Source of the DNA: an uncultured Methanosarcinales archaeon
GTDB taxonomy: Archaea; Nanobdellota; Nanobdellia; Woesearchaeales; GW2011-AR4
Direction of reading: 5' to 3'
Length of the DNA: 64,000 nucleotides
Assembly (NCBI GenBank): GCA_964585935.1
Contig: CAZPFO010000003.1
Span: 2,544 to 66,543, forward strand
The first letter of the stretch is position 1, and the number at the start of each line of letters is the position of its first letter. Positions 51,724 through 62,293 of the stretch are shown here, piece after piece. Under the pieces are notes generated by a model that searched no databases, had not been told where the DNA came from, and saw only the letters and a list, made by a program, of their open reading frames with translations. A program made the position numbers and the translations under genes.

Positions 51724-52306
51724 CTTTGCCCCCTGCTATATTATTTTTAACATCTTCAAAGCACTTTACAATCTGCAATGGATCAATGCCTTTTTTAGTA
51801 TAGCTGCTGAATTGTTTTTCAAGAACTTCTTTGTCCTTTAGTTTCGATGCAAAATCACCAATATGTTTTCCCATAAGCCTGTCTTTAGAAGGCAATATTT
51901 TTGGATTATGCGCCACCTTCAATCCAGAATCCAGAATTCCTGCCAGGACAGCATAAATCCTTGAGCCATTTACAGAGGCATGCAGCCCAATATCCAGCAC
52001 AAGCCCATCTATGCCCTGTTTTTTTCCTTTCTTCCCTAACAAAAACCCTGTAAGGTATGCAGCAGGCACATTCCCTTTATTAAATTTCCACCCTAATTTT
52101 TCAAGCTCGCCCGAATGGCAGGATAAAACTGTTTTGTCCCCTTTAGGAGCATATTCCACTATGTTAGCTTGTATATTTTTGAGTGATTTTCTGACTACAA
52201 GCCTCAATTTATTGGAAATCAGAATATTGAGCCTCTTCTTGTAATTAGTCCTGCCTTCCCTCTTCCTCCTGTACAATATCCTATGAGTCTTAGCTTTACT
52301 TTTCAT
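51701..52306 (-). CDS. rpl18: ribosomal protein L18 (uL18)
   Basis: YRRKREGRTNYKKRLNIL..RLVVRKSLKNIQANIVE. Confidence 0.9.
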   Translation of the reverse strand: MKSKAKTHRILYRRKREGRTNYKKRLNILISNKLRLVVRKSLKNIQANIVEYAPKGDKTVLSCHSGELEKLGWKFNKGNVPAAYLTGFLLGKKGKKQGIDGLVLDIGLHASVNGSRIYAVLAGILDSGLKVAHNPKILPSKDRLMGKHIGDFASKLKDKEVLEKQFSSYTKKGIDPLQIVKCFEDVKNNIAGGKDGKEKQR

Positions 52307-52751
52307 TTTTTATCAAACCGCGCTCCCCCAAATGCAACTTAATATGCCTCTTGCTTCTGAAAAAGCCGCCTTTTATTTTCATGTAAATATTCTGGTAATC
52401 ACTTTTGCTTATGACTTTTTTATCTCTCAAATTTTTTATAAAACTTCTTTGGATTCTTACCCGGTTTGCCCACGCTTTCTTTTTTGGGAGCCTTGCAGTT
52501 TTTTTGCCTTTTCTCGAGCCAACACCTCTCTGCCTGCCTTTTCTCCTCTGTTCTTTTCTTTTTCTGGCCCTTCCTTTCGAAACCCCTTCTGCAGCCTTTT
52601 TTATTATTGCTTTAACCCCTATCAAACCCCTTATATCTGCCTTGGTTATAGATTCTTTTATCTCATCCAAACTATCTGGATCAAACACAATTCTCTTCTC
52701 AGAGCATTTTAAAATCTGAGCTGCCAGCCTTTTTTGCACTTTTAATTTCAT
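52296..52751 (-). CDS. rpl19e: ribosomal protein L19e
   Basis: MKLKVQKRLAAQILKCSEKRIVFDP. Confidence 0.9.
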   Translation of the reverse strand: MKLKVQKRLAAQILKCSEKRIVFDPDSLDEIKESITKADIRGLIGVKAIIKKAAEGVSKGRARKRKEQRRKGRQRGVGSRKGKKTARLPKKKAWANRVRIQRSFIKNLRDKKVISKSDYQNIYMKIKGGFFRSKRHIKLHLGERGLIKNEK

Positions 52752-52767
52752 TTTCTCCGAAACCTTA

Positions 52768-53334
52768 TCATTCTTTCTTTGTCAAAATCTTGTCCTTTTC
52801 TTCTTTCTCTTTTTTCTTTTTGTCTTCTTCTGTGAGCTTCTCAGCCAGTTTCTCATCTTTCTTTGGCTTTTCCTTTTTCTTCTCTTTTTTCTCCTTTAGC
52901 TTCTTCTGCTTCTCTTTTCTTTTGCTTAATCCTTCTTCAATTTTTTTCAAATACCCTTCAATATCTTTAATATTCAAAATTTCTATCCCTACCTCTTTCA
53001 GTTTCTTTACAACCTCATACTTTTTTCTCGAGCCGATTCTCTTTGAAATAACCGCGCCTTCAGTCTCTTTTTTTATTTTAATTATATCCTCTACTGAATT
53101 CACTATTGCCTGCTTTAAGCCGGTTCTATGCAGGCCCCTCACTTTTTTTGGAGCCCTGAAACCAATTGAAATTTTTTTAGGCTTGCCTTTAAACATGAGC
53201 CTCACTTTCGAATGCAGGCCGCGAGGCCTTCTCCACTTCTTCCCCAGCCTCTTTTTATGGAAGTCATGCCTGACAAAATTAGGTTTTTTCCCCTTCAGCT
53301 TTTTCCTTAACTCTAACATTTCTTTGATGCTCAT
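52768..53334 (-). CDS. rpl32e: ribosomal protein L32e with K/E-rich C-terminal tail
   Basis: PNFVRHDFHKKRLGKKWRRPRGLHSKVR, with a tail KRKEKQKKLKEKKEKKKEKPKKDEK.. Confidence 0.9.
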   Translation of the reverse strand: MSIKEMLELRKKLKGKKPNFVRHDFHKKRLGKKWRRPRGLHSKVRLMFKGKPKKISIGFRAPKKVRGLHRTGLKQAIVNSVEDIIKIKKETEGAVISKRIGSRKKYEVVKKLKEVGIEILNIKDIEGYLKKIEEGLSKRKEKQKKLKEKKEKKKEKPKKDEKLAEKLTEEDKKKKEKEEKDKILTKKE

Positions 53335-53891
53335 TTTATTTCTTTTCCATCTTTATTAACCAGCCAAATACCATCCTGAAAAATTCTTGAATCATAACCT
53401 GTCCTTCTTGCCAATTGCTCTATATCTCCGCTTACCTGCCCTGCTAACTCTTTATTTGTGCTTTCAACCAGCACTTGGTCACCCTCAACTTTCACATTGA
53501 CATCCTTCTTCAGTTTCAAAATTCTTGGAATTTTCTCACCAAGAAAATTCTTGATTATTAAATCCTGGCCGCTTACAGAAACATTCATTGGAAAATGCCC
53601 TGAACATATTTTCAAAGCATACTTGTGCCCTTCGCTAACACCCTTAACCATGTTCTTTAAATGCGCAACAAAAGAGCCAATAATCTTTTTTTCCCTCTTT
53701 GTGTTTCTTACAGCTTTAAAAAAAACCTCATTGCCTTTCAATTCCACTTTTGTGTATGGATTATTGAAGCTCTTCTTCAATTCGCCCTTCTGGCCTTTTA
53801 ATGTTAGTGTAGTGCTGTCAAGACTGGCTGAAACACCTTCAGGCAATACAACCTTGCCTTCTATTCTTTTCTTTTTTTTGGCTTTTTCCAT
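53331..53891 (-). CDS. rpl6: ribosomal protein L6 (uL6)
   Basis: VVLPEGVSASLDSTTLTLKGQKGEL. ATG at 53891, 2 nt after the rps8 stop; the ORF-track start at 53903 is TTG. Confidence 0.9.
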   Translation of the reverse strand: MEKAKKKKRIEGKVVLPEGVSASLDSTTLTLKGQKGELKKSFNNPYTKVELKGNEVFFKAVRNTKREKKIIGSFVAHLKNMVKGVSEGHKYALKICSGHFPMNVSVSGQDLIIKNFLGEKIPRILKLKKDVNVKVEGDQVLVESTNKELAGQVSGDIEQLARRTGYDSRIFQDGIWLVNKDGKEIK

Positions 53892-53893
53892 TT

Positions 53894-54283
53894 TTAATAG
53901 CAATAGCCTATCAGCCTCCCACCTATGCCTTTTTTCTTTGCATCATAGTGGGTCATAATGCCCTGAGTCGTTGCAACAAAAATAATGCCCATATCTTTTG
54001 CAGGAAGGTACCTCTTCTCAAACTTTTCATAACCATCGCTTCTTAAACTGTACCTTGGCTTTATCACGCCGCATTTGTTTACCCTGCCTAAAAGATTTAA
54101 TTGAATGCAATTGCCTCTGCCATCCTCGACTTCTTTGAAGTCTCCAATATATCCATGCTCTTTTATAACTTTCAAGACCTCTTTGATCAGCTTTGAAACA
54201 GGCTTGATCATGCACTCATTCCTTCCTATCTTCTCGCTGTTCAGTATAACCGATAAAGCATTTGATAATGGGTCATTTAACAT
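53894..54283 (-). CDS. rps8: ribosomal protein S8 (uS8)
   Basis: MLNDPLSNALSVILNSEK. GGAGGT RBS about 7 nt upstream of the ATG at 54283; the ORF-track start at 54304 is probably too long. Confidence 0.9.
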   Translation of the reverse strand: MLNDPLSNALSVILNSEKIGRNECMIKPVSKLIKEVLKVIKEHGYIGDFKEVEDGRGNCIQLNLLGRVNKCGVIKPRYSLRSDGYEKFEKRYLPAKDMGIIFVATTQGIMTHYDAKKKGIGGRLIGYCY

Positions 54284-54303
54284 ATAACCAACCTCCATAC
54301 ACA

Positions 54304-54534
54304 TTAACTATATTTTTTGAACCCTAATTTTGGGGCTATTTCCCTAAAGCACTGCCTGCAGAGATTTAAGCCGTATTTGCCTATATGGCCGCGTATTCTG
54401 CCGCATCTCCTGCACCTATTTAGGCTGGTTGCAAACCTTCTTTCTTTTGGGGAATTATGTTTTACAAACTTAGCCATCTTGACAGGTTTTGCTTTCAGCT
54501 GCTTGAAAACCTTTTTATAATCACTGTATGTCAT
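54304..54534 (-). CDS. rps14: ribosomal protein S14 (uS14, zinc type)
   Basis: [28 protein letters not shown] at 54534 preceded by GGTGA. A canonical-length alternative starts at 54477 (MAKFVKHN). Confidence 0.85.
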   Translation of the reverse strand: MTYSDYKKVFKQLKAKPVKMAKFVKHNSPKERRFATSLNRCRRCGRIRGHIGKYGLNLCRQCFREIAPKLGFKKYS

Positions 54535-55048
54535 TTTCTTCTTCACCTACTTGAACATCAAATTCTTTTTTCATAAAATCAATTGCCGCTTGTTGGCTTA
54601 TTTTATGCTTCTTAGGTATTTTTCTTTTCATTAACCTTCTTCTGCTTATCCTATATCCTGCTCTTTTTAGCCTTACACATACCTGCAGGCCCATAATCCC
54701 TATCTTGGGGTCATATTTTGCGCCTTCTATATCAATATACTCTGCTATTCCAAATGATATGTTCCCGTTATTATCAAATTGGCTTACTTTTAGTGTCTTG
54801 TCTTTCGCACCCAATAATCTTAAAAGCAATTTTCTTGCATTCCCTTTCCTCAAAGTAACTTTACAGCCTATTGGCAGCCCTGGCCTTAAGCCCCATTCCT
54901 GCAGCCTCTTGTTGGTGATTGTTTTGACTGGTTTAGCCTCTGTAATATTCTTTAATAAGACAAGAGCATTATCTAGTTTGGACTTGTCCTTGCCAACCCC
55001 TACATTGAGGATTACCTTTTCTATCTTTACATCTCTCATAAGATTCAT
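54521..55048 (-). CDS. rpl5: ribosomal protein L5 (uL5)
   Basis: [16 protein letters not shown].. Confidence 0.9.
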   Translation of the reverse strand: MNLMRDVKIEKVILNVGVGKDKSKLDNALVLLKNITEAKPVKTITNKRLQEWGLRPGLPIGCKVTLRKGNARKLLLRLLGAKDKTLKVSQFDNNGNISFGIAEYIDIEGAKYDPKIGIMGLQVCVRLKRAGYRISRRRLMKRKIPKKHKISQQAAIDFMKKEFDVQVGEEENDIQ

Positions 55049-55057
55049 CTTGACTCA

Positions 55058-55738
55058 TCACTTCCTTACAGATATAATCGGTTTCTCTACCCCGACAACA
55101 AAGGCATATTCCTTCAGGGTTTCAAATACTCCCTCGCTGCTTTTGTATTTTATTTTGCCTCTGCTTATGGCCTCAACCACGCCGCACACCCCCAGATGTT
55201 TGCCCCCCGTCAGATAAATCAGCTTGCCTTTTTCAAGTTTTAAGTGATCTTTAATATTGTTTCCGGGCATTTCTATAACAAGAGTATCTCCTAATTTGTA
55301 TACATCTTTATCCACCAGCAGGTTTTTACCGTCATACAGGTTCAACTGCACCTTCTTGCCAATTTTTTTCTTGCCGACAATCTTGCAGGGCTTCAGATTA
55401 GCTTCATTCTTTTCTATCTTGACTAAACCAATCTTCTTTCCATTAAAAACAACCCTGAATGCTTCTTTTGTTTCTTTTACTTCAATAATATCAAAAATAC
55501 CCACAGGAAATTTATGGTCCTTTCTCCTAACGCCATCTACAAGAACATTATTGTTCAATAAGATGCGCTTTACTTCTTTTGAATTAGAGGCAGTTTCCAG
55601 CAAATCCCTGAATACCAAGACCAAGGGCACACTTGATTTTAATGAGTGCGGGCCTGGACTGGGCTTTGCAACAAATTTTATTCCTTTTCTTTTCAAGCTC
55701 CATTTTTTTGGAGCACTCAATCTTTTCAAGTGACTCAT
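55058..55738 (-). CDS. rps4e: ribosomal protein S4e
   Basis: MSHLKRLSAPKKWSLKRKGIKFVAKPSPGPHSL. Confidence 0.92.
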   Translation of the reverse strand: MSHLKRLSAPKKWSLKRKGIKFVAKPSPGPHSLKSSVPLVLVFRDLLETASNSKEVKRILLNNNVLVDGVRRKDHKFPVGIFDIIEVKETKEAFRVVFNGKKIGLVKIEKNEANLKPCKIVGKKKIGKKVQLNLYDGKNLLVDKDVYKLGDTLVIEMPGNNIKDHLKLEKGKLIYLTGGKHLGVCGVVEAISRGKIKYKSSEGVFETLKEYAFVVGVEKPIISVRK

Positions 55739-56124
55739 TTTGTTTTGCCCCTCTCCAGCATTTTTCTTCTCATTTTATCATCCAAATTTAATTCAGTAAT
55801 TATAAGGTTTGAAGGTTCAAATGGATAAGTCGCCTTTGTCCCGTCTTTTTTCGCAATCTCCACACCCTCAATATAGACCTTTGATTTTTTTAAATCGATT
55901 CTTTCGATTTTTCCTTCATGCTTTCTGAATTGCCCTCTTAACACCTTTACTTTGTCTCCTTTTTTCAGGCTAAAATTCCTCTTTTCATGCTTTTTCCTCA
56001 GGTCTTTCGAGACAATAGCTCTCATAAACTTCTGTTTTATATGCAAAGGAGCATTGTATCTGTACTTGCGCTGTTTTCTTTGCTGCTTGCTGCTCTTCCA
56101 TTTTATTGAAAATTTCTTTTTCAT
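55735..56124 (-). CDS. rpl24: ribosomal protein L24 (uL24)
   Basis: KOW motif KKGDKVKVLRGQFRKHEGKI. Confidence 0.9.
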   Translation of the reverse strand: MKKKFSIKWKSSKQQRKQRKYRYNAPLHIKQKFMRAIVSKDLRKKHEKRNFSLKKGDKVKVLRGQFRKHEGKIERIDLKKSKVYIEGVEIAKKDGTKATYPFEPSNLIITELNLDDKMRRKMLERGKTK

Positions 56125-56125
56125 A

Positions 56126-56527
56126 CTATACCACCATACTGGCTACCTTTGCAATGCCCGGCCACCTCTCGCAAGCCTCTTTTGCAATGGCCCCTTTGAA
56201 TATTGTGCCTTTTGGATTTCCTTTATCATCTTTTAAAACAACTGCGGCGTTATCTTCAAACTTGATTCTTGTGCCATCAGCTCTTCTGTAATCCTTTTTT
56301 TGCCTCACTATGACTGCAAAAACAGTCTGCTTTCTCATGTCAGGCCTGCCTCTCCTTACAGATACCATCACTAAGTCGCCTACACCGCAGGCAGGCATCC
56401 TGCCCTTTACAGTTTTTAATCCTATGACTGTAAAAACCTTCACCACTTTAGCTCCCGAATTATCGCAGGTTTCTATTTCACTTCCTACAGGGATCCCCCT
56501 GGTTATCTTAGCTTTTACCGGCTGCAT
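56126..56527 (-). CDS. rpl14: ribosomal protein L14 (uL14)
   Basis: [16 protein letters not shown].. Confidence 0.92.
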   Translation of the reverse strand: MQPVKAKITRGIPVGSEIETCDNSGAKVVKVFTVIGLKTVKGRMPACGVGDLVMVSVRRGRPDMRKQTVFAVIVRQKKDYRRADGTRIKFEDNAAVVLKDDKGNPKGTIFKGAIAKEACERWPGIAKVASMVV

Positions 56528-56942
56528 CTTCTTCTCCTTTAGCGTTTTCTTTCTCTGTTTTCTCTTCCTCAGTCTTCTCTTCTTTCTTAATATCTGCTTT
56601 TGATTCCTCTCTTGCTTCCATCTTCTCTTTGAATCCCTTTTCCTTGCCCAAAACCTCTATAATCACCAAATTCTTTGTTTTGCTTAAAGGCCTGCATTCT
56701 ACAATTTTTACCAAATCTCCGTCTTTTGCATTTATACATTCCGGATTATGCGCCTTGACCTTGCTTCTCTTCTTTTCATACCTTTCATACTTCCTTAAAT
56801 ACTGCCTTCTGTTCCATTCAACCAGAGCGGTTCTTTGCATTTTGGTTGAAATCACTGTACCGATAAAGTTCCTCCCTCTAGTCATTAAATTGCCATGAAA
56901 AGGGCAATTCTCATCATTGCATTTTTTTAGGCTTTTTTTCAT
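56508..56942 (-). CDS. rps17: ribosomal protein S17 (uS17) with acidic/K-rich tail
   Basis: [31 protein letters not shown]. Confidence 0.9.
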   Translation of the reverse strand: MKKSLKKCNDENCPFHGNLMTRGRNFIGTVISTKMQRTALVEWNRRQYLRKYERYEKKRSKVKAHNPECINAKDGDLVKIVECRPLSKTKNLVIIEVLGKEKGFKEKMEAREESKADIKKEEKTEEEKTEKENAKGEEDAAGKS

Positions 56943-57184
56943 AATTTCACCCTATCTTCCGGCCTTGCAACTATCTCGCTCCCTTCAATGATAATCTTTT
57001 CATTGTTAATTGCAAATTCCATTTTGCTGTTTTTTTTGATAATCTTTTTAATGCCCCCTTGGGTTTTTATTGTAAGCATATTTTTTGTTTCATCTATTAT
57101 CTTTCCACACATATTCTTTCCAATAATCTTCACATTCATCCCTATAAGCTCTTTTTTCAAGAGCTCTTTGAGCTTTTTTTCCAT
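56939..57184 (-). CDS. rnp1: RNase P protein component 1 (Rpp29/Pop4)
   Basis: [29 protein letters not shown]. Conserved position between L29/SUI1 and S17. Confidence 0.8.
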   Translation of the reverse strand: MEKKLKELLKKELIGMNVKIIGKNMCGKIIDETKNMLTIKTQGGIKKIIKKNSKMEFAINNEKIIIEGSEIVARPEDRVKL

Positions 57185-57185
57185 C

Positions 57186-57494
57186 CTATTCTAGTTCTAT
57201 TGTATCCGGCGGAAAACCGACACCCATCAGGACCTTTTTTACCTTATTTTTGTGGTCCCCCTGCAATTCTATTTTGCCTTCTTTTGATGTCCCACCGCAT
57301 GCAAACTCACTTTTAAGTTTCTTAGTCAAATCCTTGAAGTCGATCTCTTTTTCATCAATCCCTTCTATTATTGTGTAAACTTTCCTGAATTTCTTCTTTT
57401 CAAGGTACACTCTGATTTTTTGACTTTCTTTTGCTATTGTCTCACAAACACAAAGCTCTTTTACAAGGCCGCATTTTGGGCAAACTTCAGTCAT
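57186..57494 (-). CDS. sui1: translation initiation factor aSUI1 (eIF1)
   Basis: N-terminal CPKCG..CVC zinc knuckle plus the SUI1 fold IRVYLEKKKFRKVYTIIEGI. Confidence 0.85.
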   Translation of the reverse strand: MTEVCPKCGLVKELCVCETIAKESQKIRVYLEKKKFRKVYTIIEGIDEKEIDFKDLTKKLKSEFACGGTSKEGKIELQGDHKNKVKKVLMGVGFPPDTIELE

Positions 57495-57712
57495 GCTTTT
57501 TTCTCAACCTCCTTCTCTTTTGTGGCAGGCTTATCTCTAAGCGCTGTCAAAATTTTTGCTATTGTTTTTTTTATAGCTTTGACCTGCCCAGGGCTTTTTG
57601 GAGTAGTGCCTATTGCAACCTGGGCATTGACTTTAATCAATTCTTTTTTTAATTCGGATAATTTTGTATTCAAACTTTCGCTGTCCATATTCCTGATCTC
57701 TTTCGCTTTCAT
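57491..57712 (-). CDS. rpl29: ribosomal protein L29 (uL29)
   Basis: MKAKEIRNMDSESLNTKLSELKKELIKV. Confidence 0.9.
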   Translation of the reverse strand: MKAKEIRNMDSESLNTKLSELKKELIKVNAQVAIGTTPKSPGQVKAIKKTIAKILTALRDKPATKEKEVEKKA

Positions 57713-57715
57713 TTT

Positions 57716-58549
57716 TTACTCTTCATTCCGCTTTCTCTTTTTTTCTTCTTCCTTCTCTTCAGCCTTTTTATCCTTCCCTTCCTTTTCCTTCGGCTTCTCT
57801 GTTTTAACTTTCTCTTCCTTTGCTTTTTTCTTAGCTTCCTTTTTCTTAACTTCTTCTTCCCCTTCCGCTTCTTTTTTATCGCTCTTTTTAATATCTTCTT
57901 TTGCCTCCACTTCTTCCTCTCCTTCTTTGACCTCTTCAACTATTTCTTCCTTCTCCTCAATCAATTCTATATTATCAGGTAATTTAGTGGTAGGAGGCAT
58001 AATCTTGATTTTAACACCAACAACCCCTTTTTTTAACTTGGCTTGAACATCAGCGGTATCTACCCCCGTTATTGAAATATCTCCGCATTTTTTTAGATAA
58101 CCTGAATAAAATCTCCAGCTTTTAGCCCTGCTGCTCGGGACTTTTCCGCTGATTATTATTTCAATGCCTAATGCTCCCGAACCCATAACCTCTCCCATCA
58201 TCTTATGGCCAATAGATTTGAATCTCTGCGATCCAAATCTTTCCAGAAAATCCACGATTCTTTCAGCAACTATATTGGCATCCAAACTAAGATTTTCAAC
58301 TTCATTGATTTCTATCTGCGGATTTTCAAGATTAAATTTCTTTTTCAGGTTTTTTGTTAATTGCTTTATATTCTGGCCCCTTCTGCCAACTATCAGGCCG
58401 GGCCTCGAAGCATAAATTGTTATTTTCTCTCCCAATGGGGTCTTGACCATTTTTGTATGGCTATGCCCAACATTACTCAGGCTGTCTGAAATATACTCCT
58501 CAATTTCATGCTCTTTTATTTTCTGCAAAACGAATTTTCTCTCAATCAT
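57716..58549 (-). CDS. rps3: ribosomal protein S3 (uS3) with about 75-aa K/E-rich tail
   Basis: KH domain, IYASRPGLIVGRRGQNIKQL. The tail shares DNA-level repeats with rpl14e and rpl22. Confidence 0.92.
   Translation of the reverse strand: MIERKFVLQKIKEHEIEEYISDSLSNVGHSHTKMVKTPLGEKITIYASRPGLIVGRRGQNIKQLTKNLKKKFNLENPQIEINEVENLSLDANIVAERIVDFLERFGSQRFKSIGHKMMGEVMGSGALGIEIIISGKVPSSRAKSWRFYSGYLKKCGDISITGVDTADVQAKLKKGVVGVKIKIMPPTTKLPDNIELIEEKEEIVEEVKEGEEEVEAKEDIKKSDKKEAEGEEEVKKKEAKKKAKEEKVKTEKPKEKEGKDKKAEEKEEEKKRKRNEE
57753..57835. repeat. 83-bp K/E-tail DNA repeat (copy in rps3)
   Basis: See 46918..47000. Confidence 0.85.
57862..57902. repeat. 41-bp K/E-tail DNA repeat (rps3 copy)
   Basis: Identical to 58604..58644 in rpl22. 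Encodes KEDIKKSDKKEAE. Confidence 0.8.
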
Positions 58550-59087
58550 TTTTCTTCTCAGCTAATTTCTTTCTTCCTTCATCTTTTTTCTTCACTTTTT
58601 CCACTTCCGCTTCTTTTTTATCGCTCTTTTTAATATCTTCTTTTGGCTCCTTCTTCGTCTTTTCCGCAACAATAATCTCTACATTTGTTCTTTTCATTTC
58701 TCTTCTTCTCTTTCTTCCATAGTGCCATGCTTTGCCCCCTTTATGGGAGCAGATATGAGTTATTGTCAAATTTGATGTATTCAAACCCTTGAATTGAGCA
58801 TTAGCCTCCACAGTTTCTAATAAGCTAATCAGCTCTTTTGAAACCTTAAGCGGAAATCTGCCTGCTCCGATCTTTTTTTTATGGCCCATATCGCTATTAA
58901 ATCTTTTAAAAGGCATAGCCATCTTCTTTTCTGAGATTTTTTTCAGAGCACCTTTGGCATAAGCAACATTCTTGCCCCTGATAAAATTACAGGTCTCCAC
59001 TGTCTGCTTGAATGATATTGGCAGATTCCTTCCCATTGCCTTCGCCATATGCTCCTTATCGAATTTTTTTGTTGCGTAATTGACCAT
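58542..59087 (-). CDS. rpl22: ribosomal protein L22 (uL22) with K/E-rich tail
   Basis: AKAMGRNLPISFKQTVETCNFIRGK. Confidence 0.9.
   Translation of the reverse strand: MVNYATKKFDKEHMAKAMGRNLPISFKQTVETCNFIRGKNVAYAKGALKKISEKKMAMPFKRFNSDMGHKKKIGAGRFPLKVSKELISLLETVEANAQFKGLNTSNLTITHICSHKGGKAWHYGRKRRREMKRTNVEIIVAEKTKKEPKEDIKKSDKKEAEVEKVKKKDEGRKKLAEKKND
58604..58644. repeat. 41-bp K/E-tail DNA repeat (rpl22 copy)
   Basis: See 57862..57902. Confidence 0.8.
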
Positions 59088-59088
59088 T

Positions 59089-59472
59089 TTACTTGACTGA
59101 TAAGCTTGAACTTGACCTTGTAGATCCTATTCCTGGTGCTGAATGTGCTACTTTTTTTCTTGTAATGACAAACTCCCCCAGGTAATGCCCTATCATCTCC
59201 TCAGTTATTCTTACAGCTGTAAACTCTTTTCCACTATGTACTTTCACCATAGTACCAATCATTTCAGGCACTATTATCATATCCCTGCAGTGCGTTTTAA
59301 TATCCTGGCCCCCACTTTTTATATTTTTCAGCAGCCTTTTTTGCTGGTCAGTAAATCCCCTCTTCAATGACCTTCTTTGTCTTGCAGGCAATAATTCCTT
59401 AAACTCATTTATGCTTATATTTTTCAGTTCCTCTTGCGTTTTTCCCCTGTATGTAAATTCTTTTTTAGCCAT
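59089..59472 (-). CDS. rps19: ribosomal protein S19 (uS19)
   Basis: [34 protein letters not shown]. Confidence 0.9.
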   Translation of the reverse strand: MAKKEFTYRGKTQEELKNISINEFKELLPARQRRSLKRGFTDQQKRLLKNIKSGGQDIKTHCRDMIIVPEMIGTMVKVHSGKEFTAVRITEEMIGHYLGEFVITRKKVAHSAPGIGSTRSSSSLSVK

Positions 59473-59476
59473 TTTC

Positions 59477-60193
59477 TTACTTTTTTCTCCTGCCTGTTCT
59501 TTTAGGCGCTATCTTGCCAACTTTTCTTCCAGGGGGCGCATCCCTTGATGATTGGGTAGGCCTTCCCTTATTTCCAGAGCTGCTTCCTCCAAAAGGATGG
59601 TCAACAGCATTCATTGAAGTTCCGGATACCTTAGGCCATAATTTATTCTTCGCTCTCATGGCATAATACTTCACACCAGCTTTCAAAAACGGTTTATCTT
59701 TTCTTCCGCTGCCTGCAATAACACCAACAACCGCTCTGCAGTCAGACATGAACTCTCTTTTTTTGTTTGAAGGTAACTGGACAACAATCTTATTTTTGAA
59801 TTTTGAGACTATCTTTGCAAAAGCTCCCGAAGTCCTTACAAATTTGCCCCCATCCCCAGGGTTCCCTTCAATATTGTAAACAGGAGTCCCTTCAGGTATA
59901 TTCTTTAAAGGCAACGTGCTTCCAACTCTTATCTCTGCCTTATCACCCATCCCTATATCATCCCCTACTTTGACACCTTCCGGAGCCTGAACCAATGTTT
60001 CATCCCCATTTTCATATTTTACCTGCATCAAAGGAGCGCTATGTCCTCTGCAGTGCACCAGATCAACAATCTCTCCTTCCACATTCTCTTTCACGTGCCT
60101 GGCATGTTTAGCCTTGCCTTTATACTTGAAATTAGGCGCCCTATATGTTGGGCTTCCTTTCCCCCTCCTCTGCTGTATTAAATTTTTGCCCAT
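59477..60193 (-). CDS. rpl2: ribosomal protein L2 (uL2)
   Basis: [31 protein letters not shown]. Confidence 0.95.
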   Translation of the reverse strand: MGKNLIQQRRGKGSPTYRAPNFKYKGKAKHARHVKENVEGEIVDLVHCRGHSAPLMQVKYENGDETLVQAPEGVKVGDDIGMGDKAEIRVGSTLPLKNIPEGTPVYNIEGNPGDGGKFVRTSGAFAKIVSKFKNKIVVQLPSNKKREFMSDCRAVVGVIAGSGRKDKPFLKAGVKYYAMRAKNKLWPKVSGTSMNAVDHPFGGSSSGNKGRPTQSSRDAPPGRKVGKIAPKRTGRRKK

Positions 60194-60209
60194 TTAAACC
60201 ACTTCAAAA

Positions 60210-60470
60210 TCACATTAAACCTAATTTAGTAGCAATATCAATTGCAGGTGTTTTTTGCGAAAACCCCACATACGCTCTTTTTTTACCATCACGATCATTC
60301 AATGTTTTCACGCTAACAACTTCCGCCTTGAACATTTCTTCTATCGCTTTCCTGATGTCATTTTTATTTGCCTTTTTATCTACAACAAAGACTAATCTAT
60401 TTTCGGCTTCCATCAGCCTTATCGATTTTTCAGTTGATAAAGGATACTTTATTATTTTGTATGGATCCAT
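60210..60470 (-). CDS. rpl23: ribosomal protein L23 (uL23)
   Basis: IIKYPLSTEKSIRLME.. Confidence 0.9.
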   Translation of the reverse strand: MDPYKIIKYPLSTEKSIRLMEAENRLVFVVDKKANKNDIRKAIEEMFKAEVVSVKTLNDRDGKKRAYVGFSQKTPAIDIATKLGLM

Positions 60471-60471
60471 C

Positions 60472-61281
60472 TTACTCTAAAAACAATCCTCCTTTGCTTA
60501 AAATATCAATTGCTCCTTCGCTCCATAAAGTTGCCCTTCCCGGATTTGTTCCAGGGGCTAAAAGCTCTGCATTCAGTTTTTTTACTTCAATAATCTCTAC
60601 ACCGGCAATGTTTTTAGCAGCTTCAACTGCTTTGCATTTTTTTGAAACGACAATTAAAGGGCCCTTTTTCTTTACATACTTTCTCCCCCTGCTTTTGCCT
60701 TTTCCAGCCCTTATACTTTTCTTAGCAACCCTTTCCAGCTCTTCTCCAAAACCGATATTTTCTAAAAAATCCCTTACATCTTTTGTCTTGCTTAAACTCT
60801 CAATTTTTATATCCACAATAAAAGGATAGCTTTCTGGGATGATGTGCCCTCTTTCTTTGACAATATCCTTCAATACAGTCGCGCTTATAGCCCCCCTTAT
60901 AGCCTTCCCCCTTTCTTTTTCATTTATTTTTTTCTTCCATGACTTTTCTGCTTTTGGCGGATGCGCTCGTCTTCCTCCAACAGTCCCGGGTGCAAAAGCT
61001 CCTGTCCAGTTAAACCTTGTTCCGCTCCTGCTCATTATTTTTCTTGGAACTCTTGAAATGCCGTGGCCATACATCCCTCTGTACTTATGCCTTCTTTTTG
61101 ATAAAAGTGCAGATGCTCTTTTGCCGGCCTCGGGGCTTGCGCCATAACTTTGCCTTTTATTGCTCTGGATAGTCAGTACAGCCCTTTTTATCAAGTCAGG
61201 CCTTATATCCTCATTAAACTGGCTAGGCAAATCCCTCTCCTTCACTTTCTTGTTTGAAATATCAATCACATTTAATTTCAT
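60472..61281 (-). CDS. rpl4: ribosomal protein L4 (uL4)
   Basis: GHGISRVPRK..GGRRAHPPK. Confidence 0.9.
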   Translation of the reverse strand: MKLNVIDISNKKVKERDLPSQFNEDIRPDLIKRAVLTIQSNKRQSYGASPEAGKRASALLSKRRHKYRGMYGHGISRVPRKIMSRSGTRFNWTGAFAPGTVGGRRAHPPKAEKSWKKKINEKERGKAIRGAISATVLKDIVKERGHIIPESYPFIVDIKIESLSKTKDVRDFLENIGFGEELERVAKKSIRAGKGKSRGRKYVKKKGPLIVVSKKCKAVEAAKNIAGVEIIEVKKLNAELLAPGTNPGRATLWSEGAIDILSKGGLFLE

Positions 61282-61282
61282 T

Positions 61283-62263
61283 TTAATTTCCCTGTTTTGA
61301 TACTATGCTTGAGTATGATACAATTGGCGCTTCTGCAGGTATTTTTTTACTCTGCCTTATTGTATGATTAAACCTGATCAGTCTTTTAGCAGGACCGATA
61401 ATAGAACCTTTTACCAGAATGTAAGGGTTCTTTACAGCACCATACTTTAAGAAACCCCCTTTTTGTGCCACTTCCTCTGGCTTCTCTCCTATCTTTATCA
61501 GCCATTTATTATATTCCGTCCTTAAATGATAGCCCATCTTGCCTGCATGCGCTACTCTCCACATAAAATGGCCTTGCCCTTTCCATCCGCCTAAGCTTCC
61601 CGGGTTTCTTCTGTTTTTTTCCGACTTGTGCCTCTTTAAACTAATCCCGAACCTTTTAACAGGCCCCTGAAAGCCCTTCCCTTTTGTTATAGCATGCACA
61701 TCCAGCTGCTGGCCTGCTGTAAAAACTTCACCAATGTTGATTTCCTTGCCTAATTTTTCCTGGGCATATTTTAGCTGCTCCTCCTTGCTGCCACCTAAAC
61801 CAATTTCAAAAATTTCCGGTTTTTTCTTTATCCCTGTTAATTTAGGCTGCGTATAAACCATCAGCCTTATCATATCATAGTCTTTGATATCCTCTATCTT
61901 TTTCTTGATATTTTTAGGAATAGTAATCTTTCTGCCTAGCTCCTTATCAACCTTATCAGCAAAAACCTCAGAAACAAGCTTTAAACCCTCTGTATTTTTT
62001 TTATAGAATTTTATAGAAGCAGTTTTTATTGGTGGACACTCGATGATTGTCGCAGGACAGAAAATTTCTTCGCCCTTTGTCAACGAAGTCTTTCTGCTGT
62101 CATTGATCATCAGATGGGTCATTCCCACCTTGTAGCCTGCAAAGCCCAACGGCTTAACATCTTTACTTTTAGCCCAAGACCTAATTCTAGCATAACTCCT
62201 CTTGGCCCTTTTTCTTGGCCAGAACTGCAAACTTCCCTTTCTTGGTTTCCTGATGTTAGGCAT
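61283..62263 (-). CDS. rpl3: ribosomal protein L3 (uL3)
   Basis: RKPRKGSLQFWPRKRAKR..GFQGPVKRFG. Confidence 0.95.
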   Translation of the reverse strand: MPNIRKPRKGSLQFWPRKRAKRSYARIRSWAKSKDVKPLGFAGYKVGMTHLMINDSRKTSLTKGEEIFCPATIIECPPIKTASIKFYKKNTEGLKLVSEVFADKVDKELGRKITIPKNIKKKIEDIKDYDMIRLMVYTQPKLTGIKKKPEIFEIGLGGSKEEQLKYAQEKLGKEINIGEVFTAGQQLDVHAITKGKGFQGPVKRFGISLKRHKSEKNRRNPGSLGGWKGQGHFMWRVAHAGKMGYHLRTEYNKWLIKIGEKPEEVAQKGGFLKYGAVKNPYILVKGSIIGPAKRLIRFNHTIRQSKKIPAEAPIVSYSSIVSKQGN

Positions 62264-62293
62264 TTTATTGCGTCAACCACCTCTATTTGGCGT